Assembly: GCA_046760505.1 (NCBI GenBank)
Contig: JBHIEG010000010.1
Coordinates: 163 to 64,162 of the forward strand
Direction: 5' to 3'
DNA from: Candidatus Hydrothermarchaeota archaeon
GTDB taxonomy: Archaea > CAYFZR01
DNA: 64,000 bases
The notes under the pieces are model-generated. The model was not told the origin of the DNA, did no database searches, and worked only from the letters and a program-made list of their open reading frames with translations. Below are positions 37,501 through 46,226 of the stretch, one piece after another (position 1 is the first letter of the stretch; every line of letters begins with the position of its first letter). A program made the translations under genes and the position numbers.

Positions 37501-39624
37501 TTAACCTCCTATGAAAAATTTTCCAACCCTGTTTCTGTCTCTTAGCTCCGCTATTTTTCCCTTGTTCCAGTTATTGGTTGTTGAAAAGTAGCCGGTGATC
37601 CTTGTGATTCCCTCTATATGGGAAGAGTTACACGAAGGACATTTTTCATGTATCCCTCTCGAGGTTTTATGGCATGATTTGCAGTAAGTGAACTCCGGAG
37701 AGAAGGCTATTTGTGTGTTTTTTGTATTTTTGAAGGTCTTTCTGACAAAATTACTTAGTGAAGAAGGATCTGGTTTTGCCTCGCCGAGCCAAACATGGGT
37801 CATTGCCCCTGCGTCGATTAAAGGATGGAATATCCCTTCCTTTGTTACTCTCTCTATGGGTGATATTGGCGCTCCAACGTTGAGGTAGGTAGAGTTCGTG
37901 TAATAAACCTCTAAATTTTCTAAGTCTCCTTTTACTATTCCCTCTGCTCGATCTCGGTACTGAATTAAATCCAATTTGGCCATTCTATAAGCAGTGGACT
38001 CCGCAGGAGTTTGTTCCAAGACAAAGTGCATGTTATTTTCTCTGCTAAGTTCCTCGCATCTCTTTCTCATGAACGCAACTACCCTAAGTCCAAACTTCAA
38101 GGATCTAATGGATTGATGCATCTCCTCTCCGGTATGATATTGAACCAGTTCGTTTAGTCCTAACAATCCTATTAAGTAACTTACCCTGTGCAATCTTAGA
38201 TAGGGCTCTCCATCGAGTTCCATGGTCAATATGGGAAGAGGACTATCTTGACCCAAAGCAAGCAATTTCATTATGAAATCTCTCTTTTCCTTGTGGGCTT
38301 TAACAGCGAGTTCTAAGGTTTGATCGATAAGCTCGAATAATCTATCGTCGTCTCCATTCGAAATATATGCTATTCTCGGTAGATTTAAAGTAACATTTTG
38401 CATAGCAGAGTATCTCATCTTCCAAGGATGCTTTGCATCGTTTAAATCGTCTTCCTTTAATTTAAACTGTAAACGGCAGCATTCTGAGATCTTTGTCTCA
38501 TCTCCCCTATCAAATATGAAGTAAGTGTTTCCCATTTCCGCTGCTACTTTCGAGGCAAGATCTAAAAATTCCTCGTGTCCCTCTGTCTTGAAGAATTTCT
38601 CGGTGATATGCAGATCTGGTTTAGGAAAGAAAAATGGTCTCTTATATCTATCTCCTTCCAGATACACCTCAAAAACTGCTCTCGCAAAGGCTTGAGCCTC
38701 TTCTATGTAATCAGAATATGTATTTCCTGTGTATTTCCCTCCGGGACCTATTGCGGGGACATCGGCAAAATGACTTGGAACTTCCCAATAGTAATTCGTA
38801 TCTGTAAAAGTGACCTGCCCTCCCCTTGAAACCGCTTGCTGCGCAAACTCGTATACCATCATTTGCGCAAGCTGTTTGATTCTTTTTTGATCCATTCCAA
38901 CCAAGAAAGGCGCGATGAAAAGATTAACAGCGTCCCAACCAATTGCTCCAGCGAAATGACCTTGTAACGCAGCAGCAAACTTTGTCATGTGTAATATAAG
39001 CACTTCAGCATGCTTAGCAGGACTAGCCACGCTTAAACTGCCTCTTCCATCCATTACCAGTCCAAATTTCTTGAGATATTCTATGGACTGTCCAGAGCAA
39101 TACGGTCTATCGATGAATCCCAAGTCGTGCAAATGTATCAGACCAATCTGATGTGCGTATGCTATTTCATCCGAGAAAACATTCAGGAGAGCATATTCTT
39201 TCTTGGCCCTCTCTGCAACAGTTAAATTGATCGCCTCAGAAGTGTGGTGAACGTTTGCGTTTTCCTTATTTTTCAAAAAGAATAGGTTTGTCATGTCGTA
39301 TAAGGGAAGGCCAAGTCTTGTATGCTTTTTCCTGTAATCTTCGTATCCATGCTCGATTAATTTGCTGTTAACCAGTTCTCTGATCAGTGGCGCAGACACG
39401 AATTCTATCTTCGATTCGTTAACTAAATCTTCCACTTCTTGAGCAATTTTTTCCGCTATTTCTAGTGGCATATCTGTTTCTTTTTGCAGTGCTTCAATTA
39501 TTCTCCTTCTGTCCCATTCCACCACCTTGTCTTCACTGACTCTCACGAAAATCGTCTCTTCTGTAGGCTCTCTTGCATCTATTTTCACATTTTTTTTTGA
39601 GAGGAGATGAGGTCCTTTTGTCAT
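37501..39624 (-). CDS. nrdD: Class III ribonucleoside-triphosphate reductase with ATP cone
   Basis: HLHDL, PYC, SECCRL, TPAES, YYTNS, C..C/CP.C, RITGYF. Confidence 0.95.
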   Translation of the reverse strand: MTKGPHLLSKKNVKIDAREPTEETIFVRVSEDKVVEWDRRRIIEALQKETDMPLEIAEKIAQEVEDLVNESKIEFVSAPLIRELVNSKLIEHGYEDYRKKHTRLGLPLYDMTNLFFLKNKENANVHHTSEAINLTVAERAKKEYALLNVFSDEIAYAHQIGLIHLHDLGFIDRPYCSGQSIEYLKKFGLVMDGRGSLSVASPAKHAEVLILHMTKFAAALQGHFAGAIGWDAVNLFIAPFLVGMDQKRIKQLAQMMVYEFAQQAVSRGGQVTFTDTNYYWEVPSHFADVPAIGPGGKYTGNTYSDYIEEAQAFARAVFEVYLEGDRYKRPFFFPKPDLHITEKFFKTEGHEEFLDLASKVAAEMGNTYFIFDRGDETKISECCRLQFKLKEDDLNDAKHPWKMRYSAMQNVTLNLPRIAYISNGDDDRLFELIDQTLELAVKAHKEKRDFIMKLLALGQDSPLPILTMELDGEPYLRLHRVSYLIGLLGLNELVQYHTGEEMHQSIRSLKFGLRVVAFMRKRCEELSRENNMHFVLEQTPAESTAYRMAKLDLIQYRDRAEGIVKGDLENLEVYYTNSTYLNVGAPISPIERVTKEGIFHPLIDAGAMTHVWLGEAKPDPSSLSNFVRKTFKNTKNTQIAFSPEFTYCKSCHKTSRGIHEKCPSCNSSHIEGITRITGYFSTTNNWNKGKIAELRDRNRVGKFFIGG

Positions 39625-39741
39625 AATGTTAACTCCTAAAAGTTTTTTGTTTAGAACCTCTATATTGATTCTATGATTAAAGATTTTCTGTTAGATATTT
39701 TAACAAACAGATTAGTAAATCTACAATATGCTAATGTGGAT

Positions 39742-40407
39742 CTAATAGGTTTCTTTTGCATAGATAGGATGAAGGTGCCTCCTCCTAGCGAATGGTTTAA
39801 TAAGGGCCATTCCGGCCAGGAAACCTCCTATGTGGGCCCAGTAAGCGACTCCTGTCTGGGCACCCATAGAAACGAACAACAATTGGTAGGCAAACCAGAA
39901 ACCTATCAAAACATACGCTGGAAGATATATTACCTGAACGATTATGAAAAGAGGAATCGCTGTTTTTATCCTGACTTTAGGAAACAGGGTTACATACCCG
40001 CCTAGAACTCCTGATATGGCTCCAGATGCTCCAATCACAGGTATGGTTGAATTGCTCGCTGATAACAGGTATACCAGAGATGCAGCGATTCCGCACAGAA
40101 AGTAAAATATCAAAAAATTCATCCTTCCGCACATGTCCTCTATGTTGTCACCAAATATGTAGAGGTAGAGCATGTTACCAAATATGTGCACGAGTCCTCC
40201 ATGGAGGAACATAGAGGTAAAGAATGTATAATAAGTCCCTTCAGCAATTACTTTTTTTGGAATAAGACCAAAAATCGTAATTAAGTTAATAGAACTCCCT
40301 AAGAATAAGGTTATTTGCAAAGAGAAAATTGCTATGTTTAAGACTATTAGAGTCCAAGTTACATAAGGACGTAGGCTAGTTGGATTCTCATCCCTCAAAG
40401 GAAACAA
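39742..40407 (-). CDS. Rhomboid intramembrane serine protease
   Basis: SMFLHGG..H..GNM, GASGAISG, AYWAHIGGF. Confidence 0.93.
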   Translation of the reverse strand: MFPLRDENPTSLRPYVTWTLIVLNIAIFSLQITLFLGSSINLITIFGLIPKKVIAEGTYYTFFTSMFLHGGLVHIFGNMLYLYIFGDNIEDMCGRMNFLIFYFLCGIAASLVYLLSASNSTIPVIGASGAISGVLGGYVTLFPKVRIKTAIPLFIIVQVIYLPAYVLIGFWFAYQLLFVSMGAQTGVAYWAHIGGFLAGMALIKPFARRRHLHPIYAKETY

Positions 40408-40416
40408 TGAAATCCC

Positions 40417-40674
40417 TCATTCTACCTGAAGCTCTCTGCATGCATTTATAATCTCCGAGTATATTTTGGACAGTGCTTCCTTGTTATCGGGACTCGATAA
40501 CTGGATTGCCCTTTCTAGTACCTCTTTTTCTCTTTTTTTATCTATTATATCGATATCATGGACTTTCTTTAACCTTGATAATTCTCTAACCAAGTTCAAT
40601 CTTTTATTCAGGAATTCGACAATTTTTTCGTCAACTTCATCAATTTCTGAACGAATTTCATCAATCTTCTTCAT
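40417..40674 (-). CDS. Chorismate mutase (AroQ)
   Basis: IRSEIDEVD..IV..L.KR, D..RE. Confidence 0.88.
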   Translation of the reverse strand: MKKIDEIRSEIDEVDEKIVEFLNKRLNLVRELSRLKKVHDIDIIDKKREKEVLERAIQLSSPDNKEALSKIYSEIINACRELQVE

Positions 40675-41560
40675 TCAATATCCCTGAACCTTCGTTATTT
40701 ATCTTACTTACCAGAACGTTTCCTATTGATTTCCATGCCTTTTCAATCCTGATCACATCCTCTTTATCAGCCAGAGCAACGAATGATGGTCCTTTCCCTG
40801 ATAAACTAGCGGACTTAGCTCCACTTTCAAGAGCTTTTAAGATTATGCTCGAATCGAAACCTAGTGCTGTGCAGTATATCAATCCATTCAAGGTCATTGC
40901 ATCGTAGAACTTACCTTCCAATGCCATATCGTGTACTTTTTCCACCTGAGATCTGAAAATTTTCATTCTTCTTATATTGCTCTCCTTTGTGTATTTTTTC
41001 TCCTCCGGAACCAGTATGACCGCATAATCTTCTGATTCTTCCCTTAGGAGAAGTTTATTATTTATATTATCGGTTACAACGATTCCTCCCAAAAAAGATG
41101 CGCATGCATCGTCAAATGCTCCAGTTATAGTCACTCCAACCTCCTTAGCAGTTTTCACACCGATTTTGATTGCTTCCATGCTTTCTATCTTCTCATCCAA
41201 AGCAGATGCAGTGGCTAAAATTACCGCATTTGCTGCGGCACTGCTAGAGGAAAGTCCCCTAGCGATGGGCACCTTAGAGTCTGTTTCAACGTAAGCCCCA
41301 TATTTTGCGCCGAAATAAGAAAGGGTATTTTCAACACATTTTTCAATTAACTTTGTACTTTCTACCGGATTGTCTGTGATTCTGCCCCTTATATTCCCGG
41401 ATTCATTTAAAATCACTCTGGCAGTGACCTTAATATCTAATCCAAATGCTGCTCCCCTACCACCTGCTATGGCATTTACTATCGTTCCTGCACCAAGGGC
41501 ATAGGCACTACCCATCATGGGACTCTTATATTTTATTGATCTTTTTAATATTGTGGTCAC
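40661..41560 (-). CDS. aroK: Archaeal shikimate kinase (GHMP family)
   Basis: TIVNAIA, GLSSSSAAANA, TITGAFDDA, SGKGPS; true start may be about 40 nt downstream. Confidence 0.92.
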   Translation of the reverse strand: MTTILKRSIKYKSPMMGSAYALGAGTIVNAIAGGRGAAFGLDIKVTARVILNESGNIRGRITDNPVESTKLIEKCVENTLSYFGAKYGAYVETDSKVPIARGLSSSSAAANAVILATASALDEKIESMEAIKIGVKTAKEVGVTITGAFDDACASFLGGIVVTDNINNKLLLREESEDYAVILVPEEKKYTKESNIRRMKIFRSQVEKVHDMALEGKFYDAMTLNGLIYCTALGFDSSIILKALESGAKSASLSGKGPSFVALADKEDVIRIEKAWKSIGNVLVSKINNEGSGILNEED

Positions 41561-41690
41561 TCCAAAATAGAATCCAGCATAAGCCCAGAGAAGCAGTACA
41601 AGTTGAGGAGTATTGGGTTATGGCATAAAATGTGAAAGTTGTAGCATAAAGGAGAAAAAATATTTTACCTCATTCAAACTTATAGTAAGC

Positions 41691-42167
41691 ATGGAAAGGC
41701 TCTGGGCTCCATGGAGGATTGATTACATACTGAAAGAAAAAGAGGATAAATGCTTCCTATGTGAGAGACCAAAGGAAAAGGATGATGAAAAGAATCTTAT
41801 AGTTTTTAGAGGAAAAAAATGCTTTGTCATCTTAAACAGATATCCCTACAACAGCGGACATCTAATGATAGCACCGTACAGACACGTGTTGAATATCGAA
41901 GAATTGGACGAAGAAGAGTCAAACGAGCTATTTTCCATATTAAAAAGGACAATAATTGCCTTGAAAGAGGCATTTAGACCTGAAGGATTTAATGTAGGAG
42001 TTAACATAGGAGAAGCCGCAGGAGCGGGAGAGGAACATCTTCACTTTCATGTCCTGCCTAGATGGATAGGAGATACAAACTTCATGCCCACTCTAGCAGA
42101 TGTAAAGGTCCTGCCAGAACACCTTAGGGTAACATACGGAAAACTCTCCAAGTTTTTTGAAGGTTGA
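41691..42167 (+). CDS. HIT-family nucleotide hydrolase
   Basis: MERLWAPWR, NRYPYNSGHLM, HLHFHVLPRW.GD. Confidence 0.92.
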   Translation: MERLWAPWRIDYILKEKEDKCFLCERPKEKDDEKNLIVFRGKKCFVILNRYPYNSGHLMIAPYRHVLNIEELDEEESNELFSILKRTIIALKEAFRPEGFNVGVNIGEAAGAGEEHLHFHVLPRWIGDTNFMPTLADVKVLPEHLRVTYGKLSKFFEG

Positions 42168-42173
42168 GATAAT

Positions 42174-42968
42174 TTGTTCATCAAAAAATATTTTATTGAG
42201 CCAATATACAAGCATACTGGCTACAACGTGGTCAATACTATCTTTTATGGTCTTTTACTGGGCTTTGGAATAATAGCGAGTGAAAAACTGGTTCGAAGGT
42301 TAAACGTAAAAGTTGACAAATACCTTGTCTTCTCCTTGCTTCCGTTCCTAGTTCTTGCCTCTTGTATTAGGTCCCTTGTAGATGCAAATATCCTCAAAAC
42401 TTCTTTCTTTTTTGTTACCCCCGGAATATTTTTCTTAATCTTTTTCATCGTTTTTACCGTCTTGTTAATTTCATTGCTTCTCGAAAAAAGATTGGGTATT
42501 AGATATTACTATACCGCCTCTCTCATTGGAACCTCTCTCTCAGTTTATCCTCTTTTCATGGTTTTGATTAATGTTATTGCCCTAAAACCGCTGCTATACA
42601 TATTCCTTACCCTAATTTTATCTACTTCCGTAATATTTTTGGGTATAAATTATTTAAACATAAGCAAATTTAAGGAAAGTTGGATAAAAGGCGTCTTTTT
42701 TGCGCACATGCTTGATTTCAGCGCCACATTTGTAGCGGTAGATTTTTACGGATACTTCGAAGAACACGTTTTCGAGAATTTTTTGATAAAGATGAGTAAT
42801 ACTGCCTTGATCCTTTTTCCATTAAAGATCGTCGTAATCTCTTTCGTCATATTGATTATCCAATCACTAATAGATGAAAAATCCTTGAATTTTTGGTATT
42901 TTGCTCTGTTTATCCTTGGATTCTCCCCTGGATTGAGAGATACGCTTACACTGATGTTGCTTGGGTAA
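42174..42968 (+). CDS. DUF63-family membrane protein
   Basis: GYNVVNT, AHMLD..AT, Y.EEHV, LGFSPGLRD. Confidence 0.85.
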   Translation: MFIKKYFIEPIYKHTGYNVVNTIFYGLLLGFGIIASEKLVRRLNVKVDKYLVFSLLPFLVLASCIRSLVDANILKTSFFFVTPGIFFLIFFIVFTVLLISLLLEKRLGIRYYYTASLIGTSLSVYPLFMVLINVIALKPLLYIFLTLILSTSVIFLGINYLNISKFKESWIKGVFFAHMLDFSATFVAVDFYGYFEEHVFENFLIKMSNTALILFPLKIVVISFVILIIQSLIDEKSLNFWYFALFILGFSPGLRDTLTLMLLG

Positions 42969-42969
42969 A

Positions 42970-43689
42970 TCATTTTGGCCTCAAAGATATTATGTTTGCT
43001 CTTCCTTTAGCACGCTTTTCTATTATTCCCTTTTCTTCCAGGGCTGATAAGATTAAACTAACTTTTGCGGGTGAATATCCGATTTCTTTCGTCAAATCTG
43101 TTTGAAACATCTCTTTTCCGTGTGTTTTGAGAATATTTATTATTCTGATTTCATCATCGGTTAGATCTTCTCTTACGTACTTTTCCCTTCTAAAGTATAA
43201 AAAAGCAAGAAGCAGGATGATCATTGAAAGAAAGATTATAAAGTATATGAAATCAAATTTATTGTTCATTTCAAAATCAATCGTTGAGTATTCCTCTATA
43301 TCCGGAAGATTCTCGATTTCGTATGGTAATTTCTCGATTTCTGGAAAAATATCTTCTAATTTAGGAAACATAGGTAAATCCAGTCTCGTAATCTCTTTTT
43401 CCTTTAGGAGCGTTATGTTCATTTGAGTGAAATAAGAAATTCCTCCGCTCTGGTTAACGGTAAACGCCACGAAGATATACCTGCCAGGCGGAAGATCTAA
43501 TTTGTAGTAGCCATTTTGATCACAGATCACCTGATCTGTTAGAGTACTATTTCTGTAAACCCTAACGATGGTGCTCGGCAGAGGTTGAAATGTGCTCCAG
43601 TGAAATGCCTTGCCTTCTATATGTATGGAAAAGCATGGATAAACAATCAGGAGAAGCATAACAAAGATCAAGACATTTTTGGAGGACAT
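42970..43689 (-). CDS. Membrane-anchored protein with extracellular beta-sandwich and cytoplasmic wHTH
   Basis: Signal peptide, G.Y...LPPG.Y, TM helix, LTDDE...Q.DL....GYSPAKVSLILSALEEKGII. Confidence 0.75.
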   Translation of the reverse strand: MSSKNVLIFVMLLLIVYPCFSIHIEGKAFHWSTFQPLPSTIVRVYRNSTLTDQVICDQNGYYKLDLPPGRYIFVAFTVNQSGGISYFTQMNITLLKEKEITRLDLPMFPKLEDIFPEIEKLPYEIENLPDIEEYSTIDFEMNNKFDFIYFIIFLSMIILLLAFLYFRREKYVREDLTDDEIRIINILKTHGKEMFQTDLTKEIGYSPAKVSLILSALEEKGIIEKRAKGRANIISLRPK

Positions 43690-43982
43690 GTAAAATCATT
43701 TTTCATTCCTACTATAAAGTATGTTTGCATTACCATTCTGCGAATACTCAATAGATATCATTCGAGATTATTCAATTCTACATAGTTCTATAATTAGTCC
43801 TATAATTTCTATAATAAGAAATTCAAAAATAGAATGCACGAAGAAGTTCCAAAAATGATATAAAATAGATCTGAAAATGGTTTAACTTGAATTAAATTAA
43901 TTTCTGTAAAAAATGAAAAATGATTCTCTAAACGTCTTTAAAAATGGACTAATATAAATTTACCTAATTCTCCAGTATATTC

Positions 43983-45011
43983 ATGTCCTCAGACACTTTA
44001 ATTGAGAAGTTTAAGGTTTACATGCTCGCTTTTTCCATAATAACTGGTTTGGCGTTTACTTTAATGAACCTTCGTTCGCCAAAGTCATCGGAAGCCTCTG
44101 GCACCAACGGAGAAATCTTTGATCTTCAAGACCAGGTCAAGATCGCTATAGAAAAAGCCCAGAACGAGATTGAAAAAGCAGAAAAAAAAGGAAAAGATAT
44201 CATTTATGCAGAAGAGGCTCTGAAAAACGCCAGAAAACTCTCAGAAACTCATGGAAAAGACAAGTATGAGTTCAGACGAAATCTTTTAGAAGCAATACAT
44301 TATGCGAAAAGGGCGGAATCGCTGGCAAAGGCGCTCACAGATGTATCCTGTGTCTCTTGCCACAGTTCATTGAAAAATACAGAAGTTTACGCGGAATACG
44401 TGGAATGGGCCGAGACAGTACATGCAGATAACTTTGTAACCTGCGAAAAATGTCACGGAGGCAATCCAGATGAAAAAACCGCGCACAAAGATTTACTTCA
44501 TCTAAATATTAGCCAAATAACCAGAGTCTGTTCCGAATGCCATCCAAAATCAAAGTATTTTGAATCTGCACATTGGGAAGAACTAAGAAAAACGCTGGAA
44601 TTAAATTCCAATGAATTGGGAACAAAGTTCAATGATCAGGTGCTTGCACCGGCGTGCACCACATGCCACGGAGGGCACAGGATAAAGAGCACAAGAAACC
44701 CCGAAAGCACCGTATTTTTCAAAAAAGTCACCGAAACTTGCGGAATCGATTGTCATCCGAAGCAATACAGCGAATTTGTAAAAAGCACCCATTATAAAAG
44801 ACTGAGTTCTGATAAATTGGGACCGACCTGTGTAACCTGTCATGGTTCCCATTCTGCGAGCATACCTGAAAACATCTCTGGTGTATGCGGTTACTGTCAT
44901 TCAGAGGTGCCTGAAGTGAGAGGAAGATGGCATGAATTTAAGGGAAAAGAAATATCGTTCTTAGAATCGTATAAACCCAAAACAATGAGATTGCTGGTGA
45001 GAATAAGATGA
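43983..45011 (+). CDS. Multiheme cytochrome c (6 CxxCH plus 1 CxxxCH)
   Basis: CVSCH, CEKCH, CSECH, CTTCH, CGIDCH, CVTCH, CGYCH; N-terminal TM. Confidence 0.88.
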   Translation: MSSDTLIEKFKVYMLAFSIITGLAFTLMNLRSPKSSEASGTNGEIFDLQDQVKIAIEKAQNEIEKAEKKGKDIIYAEEALKNARKLSETHGKDKYEFRRNLLEAIHYAKRAESLAKALTDVSCVSCHSSLKNTEVYAEYVEWAETVHADNFVTCEKCHGGNPDEKTAHKDLLHLNISQITRVCSECHPKSKYFESAHWEELRKTLELNSNELGTKFNDQVLAPACTTCHGGHRIKSTRNPESTVFFKKVTETCGIDCHPKQYSEFVKSTHYKRLSSDKLGPTCVTCHGSHSASIPENISGVCGYCHSEVPEVRGRWHEFKGKEISFLESYKPKTMRLLVRIR

Positions 45012-45472
45012 AGGCTCATGTTAAATTGGTCGTTTTGATATTGGTTATGTTTGCAATTGTATTCGCCTCTGTTAGAGCGGTACTCATTCCGGATTCATTC
45101 GGGATGTACGGGCACTATCGTGGAGACTCCCTAGAAGAAAATAAAAAACTCCCATTGGTCTATTCGGAGTCGTCCGCATGCAAAAATTGTCATCCACTGC
45201 ATTTTAAGGACTGGAGCGAAAATCAACACAGAGGTGTAAACTGTGAAACCTGCCATGGACCTGCGCTAAATCATGTAGAGGCGCCAAAAGAGATTAAGCC
45301 TCTAGCAGAAACGTCAGAGGAACTATGCAAGAGATGTCATGCATTTATGGCCTCAAGACCTTCTGAATTTCCTCAGATAGATTTTGATACCCACAATCCT
45401 GGAAGAAACTGCAGGTCATGTCATAATCCCCACATACCGTTTAAACCCTGGTATTACTCAAAGGAGGTATAA
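45008..45472 (+). CDS. Tetraheme cytochrome c
   Basis: CKNCH, CETCH, CKRCH, CRSCH; N-terminal anchor. Confidence 0.88.
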   Translation: MKAHVKLVVLILVMFAIVFASVRAVLIPDSFGMYGHYRGDSLEENKKLPLVYSESSACKNCHPLHFKDWSENQHRGVNCETCHGPALNHVEAPKEIKPLAETSEELCKRCHAFMASRPSEFPQIDFDTHNPGRNCRSCHNPHIPFKPWYYSKEV

Positions 45473-45473
45473 A

Positions 45474-46226
45474 ATGGCAATTTCACGCCGAGACTTCATA
45501 TTAACTGCAATAAAAACGTCAGCAGGATTAGCTCTAGCCATAGAATCTCTAACATCTAATTTTATGCAAGTAGCAAACGCTTTAGGGGAAGAGGAAATTT
45601 CAGAGCATCACTGGGGTTTTGTCGTTGATACAACCAAATGTATAGGATGTGGTTTTTGCGTAGAGGCATGCAAGAGGGAGAATAATGTTCCATTAGACGC
45701 TCATGTCTTTAGAACTTGGGTTGAAAAGTACGTCATAACAATGGACGGAGAGGTCATTGTAACATCACCCAACGGCGGTATCCATGGATTCAAAGAAAGT
45801 GAGAAAAGAATAAGAAAGGGCTTTTTCGTTCCAAAGTTGTGCAATCAGTGCGATAAGCCCCCTTGTGTTCAAGTTTGCCCAGTAGGAGCAACATACAAGA
45901 CTAAAGATGGAGTCATTCTGGTTGATAGTAAATACTGTGTGGGGTGCAGATACTGTATTCAGGCATGTCCTTATGGAGCGAGATTCATTCATCCGGTGAG
46001 AAAGGTAGCGGACAAATGCACGTGGTGTTACCATAGAATAACCAAAGGTTTTCTACCGGCTTGCGTTCAGGAATGTCCGGTTGGTGCAAGAATTTTTGGC
46101 GACCTAAACGATCCAAACAGTGCTGTAAGTAAAATACTTAGAGAAGAAAGGGTTGCTGTCTTAAAGCCAAGTCAAGGAACCGAGCCCAAAGTTTTCTATG
46201 TTGGATTGGATAAGGAGGTGATTTAA
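45474..46226 (+). CDS. Tat-exported 4Fe-4S subunit (NrfC/PsrB/DsrO-like)
   Basis: SRRDFI Tat motif; four ferredoxin-type Cys clusters; SD GGAGGT before ATG 45474. Confidence 0.9.
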   Translation: MAISRRDFILTAIKTSAGLALAIESLTSNFMQVANALGEEEISEHHWGFVVDTTKCIGCGFCVEACKRENNVPLDAHVFRTWVEKYVITMDGEVIVTSPNGGIHGFKESEKRIRKGFFVPKLCNQCDKPPCVQVCPVGATYKTKDGVILVDSKYCVGCRYCIQACPYGARFIHPVRKVADKCTWCYHRITKGFLPACVQECPVGARIFGDLNDPNSAVSKILREERVAVLKPSQGTEPKVFYVGLDKEVI

